64,000 nt of DNA from an uncultured Chloroflexia bacterium (GTDB lineage: Bacteria; Chloroflexota; Anaerolineae; Anaerolineales; UBA4823), in contig CAVPYB010000012.1 in the NCBI GenBank assembly GCA_963709875.1, positions 392,320 to 456,319 of the forward strand. The letters are read 5' to 3'. The first letter of the stretch is position 1; every line of letters begins with the position of its first letter. The notes beneath the pieces were generated by a model. The model did no database searches. It worked only from the letters and a program-made list of their open reading frames with translations, and was not told the DNA's origin. Below, piece after piece: positions 1-9,596 of the stretch. Position numbers and translations under genes: made by a program.

Positions 1-31
1 CCTGGGATACGAAAAGGATACCGGTTGGTAA

Positions 32-970
32 ATGGGTACTCCCGCCTGCTCGATCGTCATTCGCGCCTATAACGAAGCCCGACATATCGGGCGGCTGCTG
101 GACGGCATCCGCCAGCAGTCCATCTCCGATCCGGAGATCATCCTGGTCGATTCGGGCTCGACCGATGACACTGTGGCAATCGCCAAGCGCCACCCTGTGC
201 AGGTGGTGCACATCCGGCCGGAAGATTTTACCTTCGGGCGGTCGCTCAACCTGGGCATCTCCCACAGCCAGGGTGAGCAGGTGGTTATTGCCAGCGCACA
301 TATCTACCCCGTGTACCCCGACTGGCTGGAGCACCTGCTGGCGCCATTTGCGAACCCGAAGGTGGCGCTCTCCTATGGCAAGCAGCGCGGGGACGGGACG
401 ACGAAGTTTTCTGAAACGCAGATCTTTGCACGCTGGTTCCCAGACCAATCGGACCCCGACCAGCAGCACCCATTCTGCAATAATGCCAATGCTGCCATCC
501 GCCGCTCGGTCTGGCAGGTGCGCCAATATGATGAGAGCCTGAGCGGTCTGGAAGATCTGGACTGGGCACGCTGGGCACAGGGACAGGGGCACAGCATCGC
601 TTACGCCGCCGAAGCCGAGGTCACCCACGTGCATCAGGAGGAGCCAGGTGATGTTTACAACCGCTACCGCCGCGAGGCGATGGCTTTCAAGCGCATATTT
701 CCTCAAGAGCAGTTCCGCTTTTTAGATTTTGTGAGTTTGGTGAGCAGCAATATCGCCAGTGACCTGAGCAGCGCCGTCCGACAGCATCTCTTGAGGCGCA
801 GTCTGGGGAGCATCTTCTGGTTCCGATTTATGCAGTTCTGGGGCACCTACCAGGGCTATCGCCAATCGGGCGAGCTCACCTGGCAGCTGCGGCAGACGTT
901 TTATTACCCTCAAAACACACCCCAGGCTAAGATGCAGCCAGGTCCGGGATGTGGAGCCAATCCGTTATAA
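32..970 (+). CDS. glycosyltransferase family 2 (GT-A fold)
   Basis: 312-aa ORF; N-terminal GT2 signature CSIVIRAYNEARHIGRLLDGIRQQS...ILVDSGSTDDT; first gene of a long co-directional glycan locus. Confidence 0.8.
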   Translation: MGTPACSIVIRAYNEARHIGRLLDGIRQQSISDPEIILVDSGSTDDTVAIAKRHPVQVVHIRPEDFTFGRSLNLGISHSQGEQVVIASAHIYPVYPDWLEHLLAPFANPKVALSYGKQRGDGTTKFSETQIFARWFPDQSDPDQQHPFCNNANAAIRRSVWQVRQYDESLSGLEDLDWARWAQGQGHSIAYAAEAEVTHVHQEEPGDVYNRYRREAMAFKRIFPQEQFRFLDFVSLVSSNIASDLSSAVRQHLLRRSLGSIFWFRFMQFWGTYQGYRQSGELTWQLRQTFYYPQNTPQAKMQPGPGCGANPL

Positions 971-988
971 TGACCCAAATGAGACACA

Positions 989-1672
989 ATGACTAGGATC
1001 GTCGCCCTTGTCCCCATGCGCCACCACTCCCAGCGGGTGCCGGGCAAGAACTACCGCCCATTAGCCGGTCGTCCGCTTTACCAGCACATCATCGAGAGCC
1101 TGCTGGCATGCCCAGAGATCGCCGAGGTGGTGGTGGACACCGACAGCCCGGTGCTGGTTGATGGTTTGGAGGAGAACTACCCGCAGGTGCGGGTGCTGGA
1201 ACGCCCTCAGCACCTGCGCGCCGACGAGACTTCCATGAACGAGGTGCTGGTTTACGACACCTCACAGGTGGAGGCCGACTTCTACCTGCAGACTCACAGC
1301 ACCAACCCGCTCCTGACGGCCAGCAGCATCTCCGGGGCTGTGCAGACCTTCCTGACGAACTACCCGAGCTGTGACTCGCTGTTCTCGGTCACCCGCCTGC
1401 AGACGCGGCTGTGGGACCAGCTTGGCAGGGCGATCAACCACAACCCTGCTATGCTGCTGCAAACACAGGACTTGCCTCCCGTATATGAAGAGAACTCCTG
1501 CCTGTATATCTTCACCCGCCAGACGTTGATATCCCGGCGCAACCGGCTGGGAGAGAGACCGCTGATGTACGAGATCAGCACAGCAGAAGCCTGGGACATC
1601 GACGATGAGACCGACTTCGCAGTCGTCGACACCCTGATGAAGCTGGGCTTTACCGGTGCGGGAGAGGGCTAG
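989..1672 (+). CDS. CMP-sugar synthetase-type cytidylyltransferase (NeuA/KdsB/PseF-like)
   Basis: 227-aa ORF; N-terminus IVALVPMRHHSQRVPGKNYRPLAGRPL resembles the PAR..S.R.P.KN nucleotide loop of the acylneuraminate cytidylyltransferase family; typical size for a single-domain enzyme. Confidence 0.7.
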   Translation: MTRIVALVPMRHHSQRVPGKNYRPLAGRPLYQHIIESLLACPEIAEVVVDTDSPVLVDGLEENYPQVRVLERPQHLRADETSMNEVLVYDTSQVEADFYLQTHSTNPLLTASSISGAVQTFLTNYPSCDSLFSVTRLQTRLWDQLGRAINHNPAMLLQTQDLPPVYEENSCLYIFTRQTLISRRNRLGERPLMYEISTAEAWDIDDETDFAVVDTLMKLGFTGAGEG

Positions 1673-1676
1673 CCCA

Positions 1677-2687
1677 ATGCCGGCAAGCAGTTCTCCACCG
1701 CTTACCGTTCTCTTCTCCGCACCCTATATGCTCCCATTCCTGGATTGCTTCAGGCCGGTCTTCGATCACCTGGGCATCCGGCTGATTGTGGCTGAGGTGC
1801 AGGAACGGCTGGATGAGGGGCACCTGATGGGTATTGCCGGGCAATTCGATGGTGTCCTGTGTGGCGACGACCAATTCACCGCCCGCGTGCTGGAGGCCTG
1901 CTCGCCGCGCCTGCGGGTGATTGCCAAATGGGGCACCGGCATCGACTCGATCGACAAAGAGACCTGCGACCGCCTGGGAATCAGGGTCGGTCGCACGCTC
2001 AACGCCTTCACGCTGCCGGTTGCCGACACGGTCTTAGGCTACATCCTGGCATTCGCCCGCCGCCAGCCCTGGATGGACCGGGCGATGAAAGCAGGGCAGT
2101 GGGAGAAAATCCCCGGTCGTTCGCTCAGCGAATCAACGCTGGGTGTGGTCGGCGTGGGCAATATCGGCAAGGCGGTCATCCGCCGGGGGCGGGCTTTCGG
2201 CATGACCGTGCTGGGCACCGATATCGTCGAGATCGCCCACGACTTCCTACTGGAGAATAACGTCGAGATGACCTCCCTGGAAGACCTGCTGGGGCGCTCG
2301 CACTACGTCAGCCTGAACTGCGACCTCAACCCGACCAGCCACCACCTGATCAATGCCCGCACCCTGGAACAGATGATGCCCAACGGCGTGCTGATCAATG
2401 TGGCGCGCGGGCAGGTGGTGGACGAGCCTGCTTTGGTGGGTGCCCTGCAGCGGGGTGTCATCGGCGGGGCAGCATTGGATGTGTACGAAGTCGAGCCGCT
2501 GCCCAAGGACAGCCCGCTGCTCAAGCTGGATAACGTCCTGCTGGCGCCCCACAATTCCAATTCCAGCCCCTCAGCCTGGGAGCGCGTGCACTGGAGCACC
2601 TTGCGCGCCCTGCTGGAAGGGCTGGGCTTCGAGCTCAACGATGAGCTGGTCGCGCTGGTGAAGCAGCCCATCGTCCACTCGTACTGA
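1677..2687 (+). CDS. D-isomer-specific 2-hydroxyacid dehydrogenase (phosphoglycerate dehydrogenase-like)
   Basis: NAD loop GVVGVGNIGKAV, then LINVARG and APHNSNSS (Arg/His catalytic positions of the family); ATG 1677 chosen because it follows the upstream stop (the ORF track starts at GTG 1656). Confidence 0.75.
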   Translation: MPASSSPPLTVLFSAPYMLPFLDCFRPVFDHLGIRLIVAEVQERLDEGHLMGIAGQFDGVLCGDDQFTARVLEACSPRLRVIAKWGTGIDSIDKETCDRLGIRVGRTLNAFTLPVADTVLGYILAFARRQPWMDRAMKAGQWEKIPGRSLSESTLGVVGVGNIGKAVIRRGRAFGMTVLGTDIVEIAHDFLLENNVEMTSLEDLLGRSHYVSLNCDLNPTSHHLINARTLEQMMPNGVLINVARGQVVDEPALVGALQRGVIGGAALDVYEVEPLPKDSPLLKLDNVLLAPHNSNSSPSAWERVHWSTLRALLEGLGFELNDELVALVKQPIVHSY

Positions 2688-2719
2688 TTCTCCGCTGAAG
2701 GAATAAAGGCATTACTTTG

Positions 2720-3493
2720 ATGACAGAAATGATATCCTCCTCGAGAATCGCCCTGGTCACCGGCGCAGCGGGCGGCATCGGACGCGCCACCATACAGCTG
2801 TTTGCCGATAAGGGCTGGCGCGTGATCGGCGTCGACCGCGCCCCATTCGGTGACAGCTTCCCGGAAAATGGGCTGTTCATCCAATCGGACATTTCGGTTG
2901 GCGAGAACCTGGATATCATTTTCCAGCAGGCACAGGCATACACCGGGTCGCTGAGCGCCCTGGTGAACAACGCCGCTCTCCAGGTCGCCAAGCCGCTGCT
3001 CGAGACCAGTGTTGCAGATTGGGATGCGGTGATGGCCTCCAACCTGCGCTCGGTGTTCCTGGGGATCAAGCTGGCGCACCCGCTGCTCAAGGCAGCCGGA
3101 GGCGGGGCGATTGTCAACGTATCTTCAGTACATGCCGTGGCGACCTCAGCTAATATCGCCGCTTATGCCGCCAGCAAAGGCGGTCTGCTGGCGTTGACGC
3201 GTGCCATCGCCATCGAGTTCGCTCCGGATGATATCCGCTGCAACGCGGTGCTGCCCGGCGCAGTGGACACACCTATGCTGCGCGCCGGGCTGGAGCGCGG
3301 CCATGTCGGCGAAGGCAATATCCTGGAGCGGTTGGACAACCTGGCCCGACGGACTGTCAACGGGCGCGTCGGACTGCCAGAGGAGATCGCCCACGCCATC
3401 TACTTCCTGGCCGACGAGGAGCAGTCATCCTTTATGACCGGGCAGGCATTGATCGTCGACGGCGGTGCGACTGCCCGGCTGAGCACAGAGTAG
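2720..3493 (+). CDS. short-chain dehydrogenase/reductase (SDR)
   Basis: ALVTGAAGGIGRAT Rossmann motif, NNAA, catalytic YAASK, C-terminal FMTGQALIVDGG. Confidence 0.85.
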   Translation: MTEMISSSRIALVTGAAGGIGRATIQLFADKGWRVIGVDRAPFGDSFPENGLFIQSDISVGENLDIIFQQAQAYTGSLSALVNNAALQVAKPLLETSVADWDAVMASNLRSVFLGIKLAHPLLKAAGGGAIVNVSSVHAVATSANIAAYAASKGGLLALTRAIAIEFAPDDIRCNAVLPGAVDTPMLRAGLERGHVGEGNILERLDNLARRTVNGRVGLPEEIAHAIYFLADEEQSSFMTGQALIVDGGATARLSTE

Positions 3494-3509
3494 CCTGCAC
3501 TACACCCCT

Positions 3510-6077
3510 ATGGACAAACAAACTCTGAAAGCCTATATCCCGCCGTCGGTCTGGCGGGCAGCCAGCGAGACGCGTTATGCTTTCAACCGCGCTGCCCTGT
3601 GGCCGGCGGCGACTTTCCACCCCTGGCGGCGCGCCAGCCGGGAGCGCCTGGCAGCGCTCAAAGATATCCACCGCGGCCAGCGCTGCTTCATCATCGGCAA
3701 CGGTCCCAGCCTGAAACAGACCGACCTTACCCGACTGCGGGGTGAGAACACCTTCGGGATGAACCGCTTCTATATGGCTTTCCCAGAGCTGGGCTTCACC
3801 ACTACCTACTTCCTCTCGGTCAACAGCCTGGTCATCGAACAGTGCGCCGCGGATTTCAACCACCTGCCGATACCCAGGTTCCTCTCCTGGCGCTCGCGCC
3901 ACCTGCTCGAGCCTGCCGCAGATAACATCTTCCTGCACACGACATACAGCGGGCCGCGCTTCGCGACAGACGCCGGCGGCAGGCTGTGGGAGGGCGCAAC
4001 GGTGACTTACGTCGCCCTACAGCTGGCCTATCACATGGGATTCCGGCAGGCGATCCTGATCGGGGTGGATCACAGCTTCACGACCCAGGGGACGCCCAAC
4101 ACCACGGTGGTCTCGCAAGGCGATGACCCCAACCACTTCCACCCCGGGTATTTCGGCAAAGGCTTCCGCTGGCAGCTTCCCGACCTGGAGACCTCGGAAC
4201 GCGCCTACCGCCTGGCGAAAGAATCCTACGAGAGAGATGGTCGCCAGGTGCTGGACGCCACCGTGGGCGGCAAGCTGGACGTCTTTCCAAGAGTGGACTA
4301 CAACAGCCTGTTCGAAATCAGCAGCGGTGGAAGAGATCAGCCGATGACCGGTAACGACCAGACTATTGTCGAGAAATCCCGGGAACGGTTCGGCTGGTTG
4401 GATATCGCCCTGCTGGGAGTGCTGCTGGTGGTGACACTTGCGCCGCGCCTGGTTGCGCTGGGGCGCTTCGTCACCGCAGATGAGCCCACCTGGGGCAAGC
4501 GCTCGGCGAGTTTCTATTACGCCCTGGATAACCGTGATTATGCCAGCACCTACCAGACCGGTCATCCGGGCGTGCTGACCATGTGGGCCGGCGCGCTGGC
4601 TTACCACCTCAAATTCCCCCAGTACCTTAAGGTCGGCCAGGCAGAGCTGGGCGATACCAAGCTGCTGCAGATCTTCCAGAAACACGGCCCCAACCCGCTG
4701 GAGCTGATGGTTTCAGCCCGGCTTAATATGGTGGCTGCCAACGTCATCGCCCTGGCAGCCAGCTTCCTCTTTGCCAGGCGGCTCTTCGGGCGCTGGCTTT
4801 CCTTTTTCGCTTTTCTGCTGATCGCCTTCCTGCCGCTGCATGTAGCCCATTCACGCTTCCTGCACACCAACGGTATGCTCAGCAGCTACATGTTCCTGGC
4901 GGTGCTGGCTTATCTTTATTTCCTGCAGTTTCGCAAAGGGCTCGCCCTGGTTGCGTCCGGGATTGCCGGTGGGTTGAGCTTCATGACTATCACACCGGCG
5001 TTTATCCTGGTCCCGGTGGTAGGTTTGCTGACCCTGCTCTCACTGCTTCACAACCAGCCAGGCTACCGCAGTTGGCGGCTCAAAGCTTGGTTCCAGCGCC
5101 TGCTCTTCCCTCCGATCTTGTGGGGGCTGATCAGCCTGCTGACTGTATTCATCATCTGGCCTGCCATGTGGGTGCAGCCGGTCGAATCGCTGCTCAACAT
5201 ATTCCGCTATACAGCCGGCGTAGCGGATGGATATGTGGTCGCTGTGGGTCTGGGTGACACCGATGATGTCCTTGACGCAGCCTGGTACCAGTATCTGCAG
5301 TTCTACCCGCTCACTTACCTGTGGCGGACGACACCGGTGACCTTGCTCGGTCTGATACTGGCGATCCCGGTCTTGATACGCCGGCGTGAATCTTACCGGC
5401 TGGTCTCGGGCGCTCGGTGGAATCTGCTCTTGCTGCTGCTGTATGTTGCCGTCTATACCATTGTCATGACGATCGGCGCCAAAAAAGGTGACCGATATTT
5501 CCTGCCCGCCTATCTGCCCCTTGCGGTGGTCGGCGCTGCTGGTTGGTATGCCTGCGCAAACTGGCTGGCGACCAGATCCGAGTTCATCCGCAAATACTCA
5601 CTGCAGTATGTTATGCTTGGCAGTCTGGTGCTGGTCGAGATATTGGGCACGATGCGCACGGCACCTTATTACCTGACCTACTTCAACCCACTGCTCGGAG
5701 GCATCCGCACCGCCCCGTCCTTTATGTCAATCGGCTGGGGTGAAGGGCTGAACGAGGCCGCGCTGTACCTGGAAGAAAAGACAGATTTTTGCGATAAGAG
5801 GATCATCTCCTGGTACCCACTGGCGTATAACTGGTACAGTACCAGCTTCGGCTGCCAGGCACAGTTTGTCGAATTTTCACCGGACAAAGACCTGATATAT
5901 TATTTGGATAATTTCGATTACGCGATCATCTATATCAACCAGCGCCAGCGCAACTACCCACAAGACCTGCTTGGCTATCTTGAAGGGCAAACGCCCGAAC
6001 ACACCGTCTGGATCGAGGGCATGGATTACGCCCGCATTTACCGTTTGCAGCCGGACAGTCCAGATACAACCCCGTAA
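3510..6077 (+). CDS. fusion protein: N-terminal sialyltransferase-like (GT42/DUF115, MAF-type) domain + C-terminal GT-C (ArnT/PMT-like) polytopic membrane glycosyltransferase
   Basis: 855-aa ORF. Residues ~55-275 carry FIIGNGPSLKQTDLTRLRGENTFGMNRFY and LIGVDHSF, matching the GNGPSL...N.FY...G.D pattern of CstII-type and MAF/DUF115 proteins. From ~aa 297 there are multiple TM helices with a first-loop TADEPTW (GT-C D-E motif) and a soluble C-terminal domain. Confidence 0.65.
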   Translation: MDKQTLKAYIPPSVWRAASETRYAFNRAALWPAATFHPWRRASRERLAALKDIHRGQRCFIIGNGPSLKQTDLTRLRGENTFGMNRFYMAFPELGFTTTYFLSVNSLVIEQCAADFNHLPIPRFLSWRSRHLLEPAADNIFLHTTYSGPRFATDAGGRLWEGATVTYVALQLAYHMGFRQAILIGVDHSFTTQGTPNTTVVSQGDDPNHFHPGYFGKGFRWQLPDLETSERAYRLAKESYERDGRQVLDATVGGKLDVFPRVDYNSLFEISSGGRDQPMTGNDQTIVEKSRERFGWLDIALLGVLLVVTLAPRLVALGRFVTADEPTWGKRSASFYYALDNRDYASTYQTGHPGVLTMWAGALAYHLKFPQYLKVGQAELGDTKLLQIFQKHGPNPLELMVSARLNMVAANVIALAASFLFARRLFGRWLSFFAFLLIAFLPLHVAHSRFLHTNGMLSSYMFLAVLAYLYFLQFRKGLALVASGIAGGLSFMTITPAFILVPVVGLLTLLSLLHNQPGYRSWRLKAWFQRLLFPPILWGLISLLTVFIIWPAMWVQPVESLLNIFRYTAGVADGYVVAVGLGDTDDVLDAAWYQYLQFYPLTYLWRTTPVTLLGLILAIPVLIRRRESYRLVSGARWNLLLLLLYVAVYTIVMTIGAKKGDRYFLPAYLPLAVVGAAGWYACANWLATRSEFIRKYSLQYVMLGSLVLVEILGTMRTAPYYLTYFNPLLGGIRTAPSFMSIGWGEGLNEAALYLEEKTDFCDKRIISWYPLAYNWYSTSFGCQAQFVEFSPDKDLIYYLDNFDYAIIYINQRQRNYPQDLLGYLEGQTPEHTVWIEGMDYARIYRLQPDSPDTTP

Positions 6078-6107
6078 ACCTGTTCGTATGTTTATCGATA
6101 CCGAAGT

Positions 6108-7646
6108 ATGTCAGCAATAAACTCATCTTTAAACCGTAAGCCTCAGCTCTGGCAGTACCTCCTGCTGTCGCTCTTGCTCCTGGCAGGTCTGGCGCTGAGA
6201 TTCTACGACCTCACCGACCAGCCGATAGACTTCCACCCCACGCGCCAGCTGCGCGGGGCGATCATCGCCCGCGGCATGTACTACGACATGCTGACTTCCG
6301 CCGACCCCGTGCTGCGTGAGCAGGCAATCGCTTCCTGGTTCTCCACCGGGCAGTACGAGCCGCCCATCCTGGAGCGGCTGGTAGCCTATGCGTACTTGCT
6401 CGCCGGGGGAGAATACCTGTGGATCTCGCGCATATTCACCTCGATCTTCTGGATCATCAGCGCCATCGCCCTGTTCGACATCGCGCGGCGCATGGCAGCC
6501 AGCCCGGCGCAGGGGAGCTCCCAAATCGCCGGGGCGGCTGCGCTCATCGCCGTGGCATATTTCCTCTTCCTGCCGTTTGCCGTGCAGGCCAGCCGCTCAT
6601 TCCAGCCCGACCCGGGGATGGTGATGTGGATCGTGCTGTCCGTCAACATGCTCTACCGCTGGTCTGAACGGCGCAGCTGGAAATGGGCAATCCTGGCGGG
6701 GGTTTTCGGCGGCATTGCGCTGCTGACCAAAGTGGTGGCGTTCTATATTATCGGCGGCGCTGCCGTCGCTCTGGTCCTCTACACGCTGGGGATCAGGCGC
6801 TTCTGGCGCGACCCGCAGGTCTGGGCTATGATCGCTATCATGGTTGCCCCGCCCGCAATTTATTATCTAGGGCGCGGCGGGAGGGCCTCCGAGTTCTTCA
6901 CCACCTGGACGGTGGAGCTGGCTCACCTGCTGCTCCAACCATCTTTTTACGCCCGCTGGCTGAACACCGTGCAGGGCTTGATGGGGCTCGCCACCCTGCT
7001 GGCAGCCCTGGTCGGGGTGCTGATCGCCCGGCCCAGGCCGCGCGCCCTCTTGATCGGCCTGTGGGCCGGTTACGTCATCTACGGCTTATTCCTGCCGTAC
7101 CAGATGACCACGCACAGCTACTACCACCTGCAGCTGACTCCCATCATCGCTCTCTCGCTCGTTCCATTGATCGAGGTGATCCTGGAAAAGATCGGCGAGC
7201 AGCGCTGGTGGTGGCAGGTCGCGTTTGCCGGGGTGGTGGTCGTGGGGCTGGCTTTCTCCGCCGTGGTATCGATTGGCGAACAGAAGCAGGAGGACCACCG
7301 GGTAGAGACTGCATACTGGCAGGAGATCGCATCGTACCTTCCGGTGGATGGCAAGATCATCGCCCTCACACAGGATTACGGCTACCGTCTGATGTACTAC
7401 GGCTGGCGCAAGGTCACCCTATGGCCGAACCGCGGCGAGCTCAACGTTGCCAAGCTGCGCGGCAGCGAGAAAGAGTTCGAGGAGTACTTCAACAAGCGTG
7501 TCGAAGATAAAAGCTATTTCTTGATCACGGCATTCAACCAGTTCAGAGACCAGCCCGACCTGCAGGAATACCTGGAGAAATACTATCCTGTCGTTGCGGA
7601 AGGGGTTGGTTATCTGATCTACGACCTGGAAAACCCGCTCCAGTGA
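6108..7646 (+). CDS. GT-C fold membrane glycosyltransferase (ArnT/PMT family-like)
   Basis: 512-aa polytopic ORF; first loop RFYDLTDQPIDFHPTRQ, many TM segments, soluble C-terminal domain similar in pattern to those of 3510-6077 and 15872-17401. Confidence 0.65.
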   Translation: MSAINSSLNRKPQLWQYLLLSLLLLAGLALRFYDLTDQPIDFHPTRQLRGAIIARGMYYDMLTSADPVLREQAIASWFSTGQYEPPILERLVAYAYLLAGGEYLWISRIFTSIFWIISAIALFDIARRMAASPAQGSSQIAGAAALIAVAYFLFLPFAVQASRSFQPDPGMVMWIVLSVNMLYRWSERRSWKWAILAGVFGGIALLTKVVAFYIIGGAAVALVLYTLGIRRFWRDPQVWAMIAIMVAPPAIYYLGRGGRASEFFTTWTVELAHLLLQPSFYARWLNTVQGLMGLATLLAALVGVLIARPRPRALLIGLWAGYVIYGLFLPYQMTTHSYYHLQLTPIIALSLVPLIEVILEKIGEQRWWWQVAFAGVVVVGLAFSAVVSIGEQKQEDHRVETAYWQEIASYLPVDGKIIALTQDYGYRLMYYGWRKVTLWPNRGELNVAKLRGSEKEFEEYFNKRVEDKSYFLITAFNQFRDQPDLQEYLEKYYPVVAEGVGYLIYDLENPLQ

Positions 7647-7656
7647 ACCCAGACAG

Positions 7657-8628
7657 ATGGCATTGATCTCGGTGATCACCCCCTCATACAACCAGGCTGC
7701 CTACCTGGAAGAGACCATCCTGTCTGTGTTGGGGCAAGACTTCCCCGGGCTGGAATATATCGTGGTGGATGGGGGTTCCACCGATGGCAGTCAGGATATC
7801 ATCCACAGATACAAGGAGCGGATTTCCTGGTGGGTGTCGGAACCCGACTCCGGTCAGGCAGAAGCGATCAACAAAGGGCTCTCCCGGGCGACCGGGGAGG
7901 TCGTGGCATGGATCAACTCGGACGATGTATATCTGTCCGGAGCAGTTGCCCGGGCAACAGCGGTGCTGCAAGCCGAACCCTGCTTGGGATTCGTGTACGG
8001 GGACGCGGTCACCATCGACGCCGGTGGATACCAGCTCAGCCGGCTGAAATTTGGTCGATACGATCTGCTGGATCTGATGGCGTTCCGGATCATCTGCCAG
8101 CCGGCAGTCTTCATGCGCCGTTCTGTGCTCGAAGAGGCCGGCATGCTGGATGCCAGCTACCATTATCTGCTCGACCACCAGCTCTGGATCAGGCTTGCCC
8201 GGCTGGCTCCTTTCATGTACTTACCGTCCACCATGGCTGCAGCTCGCCACCATCCGGAAGCCAAGAACGTCGCCCAGGCAGCCGGATTCGGGCAAGATGC
8301 GTTCCGCATCCTGGACTGGATGAGCGCCCAACCGGATCTGGCACCCATCGTCGCCTCCCAGCGCAGCCGCATCGAAGCCGGCGCTCACCGCCTGAACGCC
8401 CGCTACCTGCTGGATGGCGACCTCCCATCCCTGGCCCTAAAAGCCTACCGCCAGGCTCTGCGGTTGAACCCGCGCTTTGCCCTGCAGCACTGGCACCGCA
8501 TGCTCTACGCGACCTTGAGCCTGGTAGGCGGGAAAGGTCTGGCTGCCTGGTACTACCGCCTGCGCAGACCTTCAAATACCCGGTTGGTCCAACCGGTTAA
8601 TCCCACCACAGCCCAGCAAGATCGATGA
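7657..8628 (+). CDS. glycosyltransferase family 2
   Basis: ISVITPSYNQAAYLEETILSVLGQDFPGLEYIVVDGGSTDGS...WINSDDVY; paralog of 9597-10400. Confidence 0.8.
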   Translation: MALISVITPSYNQAAYLEETILSVLGQDFPGLEYIVVDGGSTDGSQDIIHRYKERISWWVSEPDSGQAEAINKGLSRATGEVVAWINSDDVYLSGAVARATAVLQAEPCLGFVYGDAVTIDAGGYQLSRLKFGRYDLLDLMAFRIICQPAVFMRRSVLEEAGMLDASYHYLLDHQLWIRLARLAPFMYLPSTMAAARHHPEAKNVAQAAGFGQDAFRILDWMSAQPDLAPIVASQRSRIEAGAHRLNARYLLDGDLPSLALKAYRQALRLNPRFALQHWHRMLYATLSLVGGKGLAAWYYRLRRPSNTRLVQPVNPTTAQQDR

Positions 8629-9593
8629 CCTCCCCCCGGGAACGCGACAAGGACCACCCCACAAATAGCACCAGTTCAGCCAGCCCCATCCTGGTCACCG
8701 GCGCGCACCGCAGCGGGACCACCTGGGTAGGAAAGATGCTGTCTGCCGGAGGCGAGGCTGCTTATATCAGCGAGCCGCTTAACGTCCTGCACCGGCCGGG
8801 AGTCTTCGGCGCTCCAGTCCGCCGCTGGTACACGTACATCTGCACTGAGAACGAAGCCGAATACCTGCCAGGCATGCAGCAGACGCTGGCTTTCCAATAC
8901 CATACCCTTGACGAATTGCGCGCCCTGCGCTCACGCAAGGATGCCCTGCGCATGGGGCGCGATTGGACGGCCTTCCTGGCAGGCAGGCTGGGCAGGAAAC
9001 GACCGCTGCTGAAGGACCCCTTCGCGGTATTCTCCGCTCCCTGGTTCGCCGAGCGGTTGGGATGCAGGGTGGTGATCAGCGTGCGCCACCCGGTCGCGTT
9101 TGCCAGCAGCCTCAAGCGCCTGGCTTGGCCATTCGAGTTCCAGGACCTGCTCGAACAGCCCCTGCTCATGCAGCACCTGCTCGAGCCGTTCCGCTCCGAG
9201 ATCGAGGCAGCATCCCCCACGGATATCATCTCCCAGGCCGGACTGCTGTGGAAGGTCATCTACCAGGTCGCAGCAGGCTTCGTGCAAGAACACCCGCATT
9301 TCATCAGCGTGCATCACGAGGACCTCTCGCTGAACCCGGTGGACGGGTACCGCCTCTTGTACAAGCAGCTCGGTCTGGAATTCAATGCCCGGGCGCAGCA
9401 GGCGGTGCTTGATTCGAGCAGCCCTGCCAATCCGGATGAGCTTTCAAAGGATTCCATCCACGCCTACCAGCTGGACAGCCAGGCAAACCTGTCGAACTGG
9501 AAGGAGCGGCTGACCGGGCATGAGGTCGAGCGCATCCAGGAGATCACCGGCGAAACCGCATCTATATACTACCCCGCGCTCTCATGGAGCTGA
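8625..9593 (+). CDS. sulfotransferase (PAPS-dependent family)
   Basis: ILVTGAHRSGTTWVGKML resembles the 5'-phosphosulfate-binding loop; start overlaps the upstream stop (ATGA), indicating translational coupling. Confidence 0.65.
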   Translation: MTSPRERDKDHPTNSTSSASPILVTGAHRSGTTWVGKMLSAGGEAAYISEPLNVLHRPGVFGAPVRRWYTYICTENEAEYLPGMQQTLAFQYHTLDELRALRSRKDALRMGRDWTAFLAGRLGRKRPLLKDPFAVFSAPWFAERLGCRVVISVRHPVAFASSLKRLAWPFEFQDLLEQPLLMQHLLEPFRSEIEAASPTDIISQAGLLWKVIYQVAAGFVQEHPHFISVHHEDLSLNPVDGYRLLYKQLGLEFNARAQQAVLDSSSPANPDELSKDSIHAYQLDSQANLSNWKERLTGHEVERIQEITGETASIYYPALSWS

Positions 9594-9596
9594 GTC

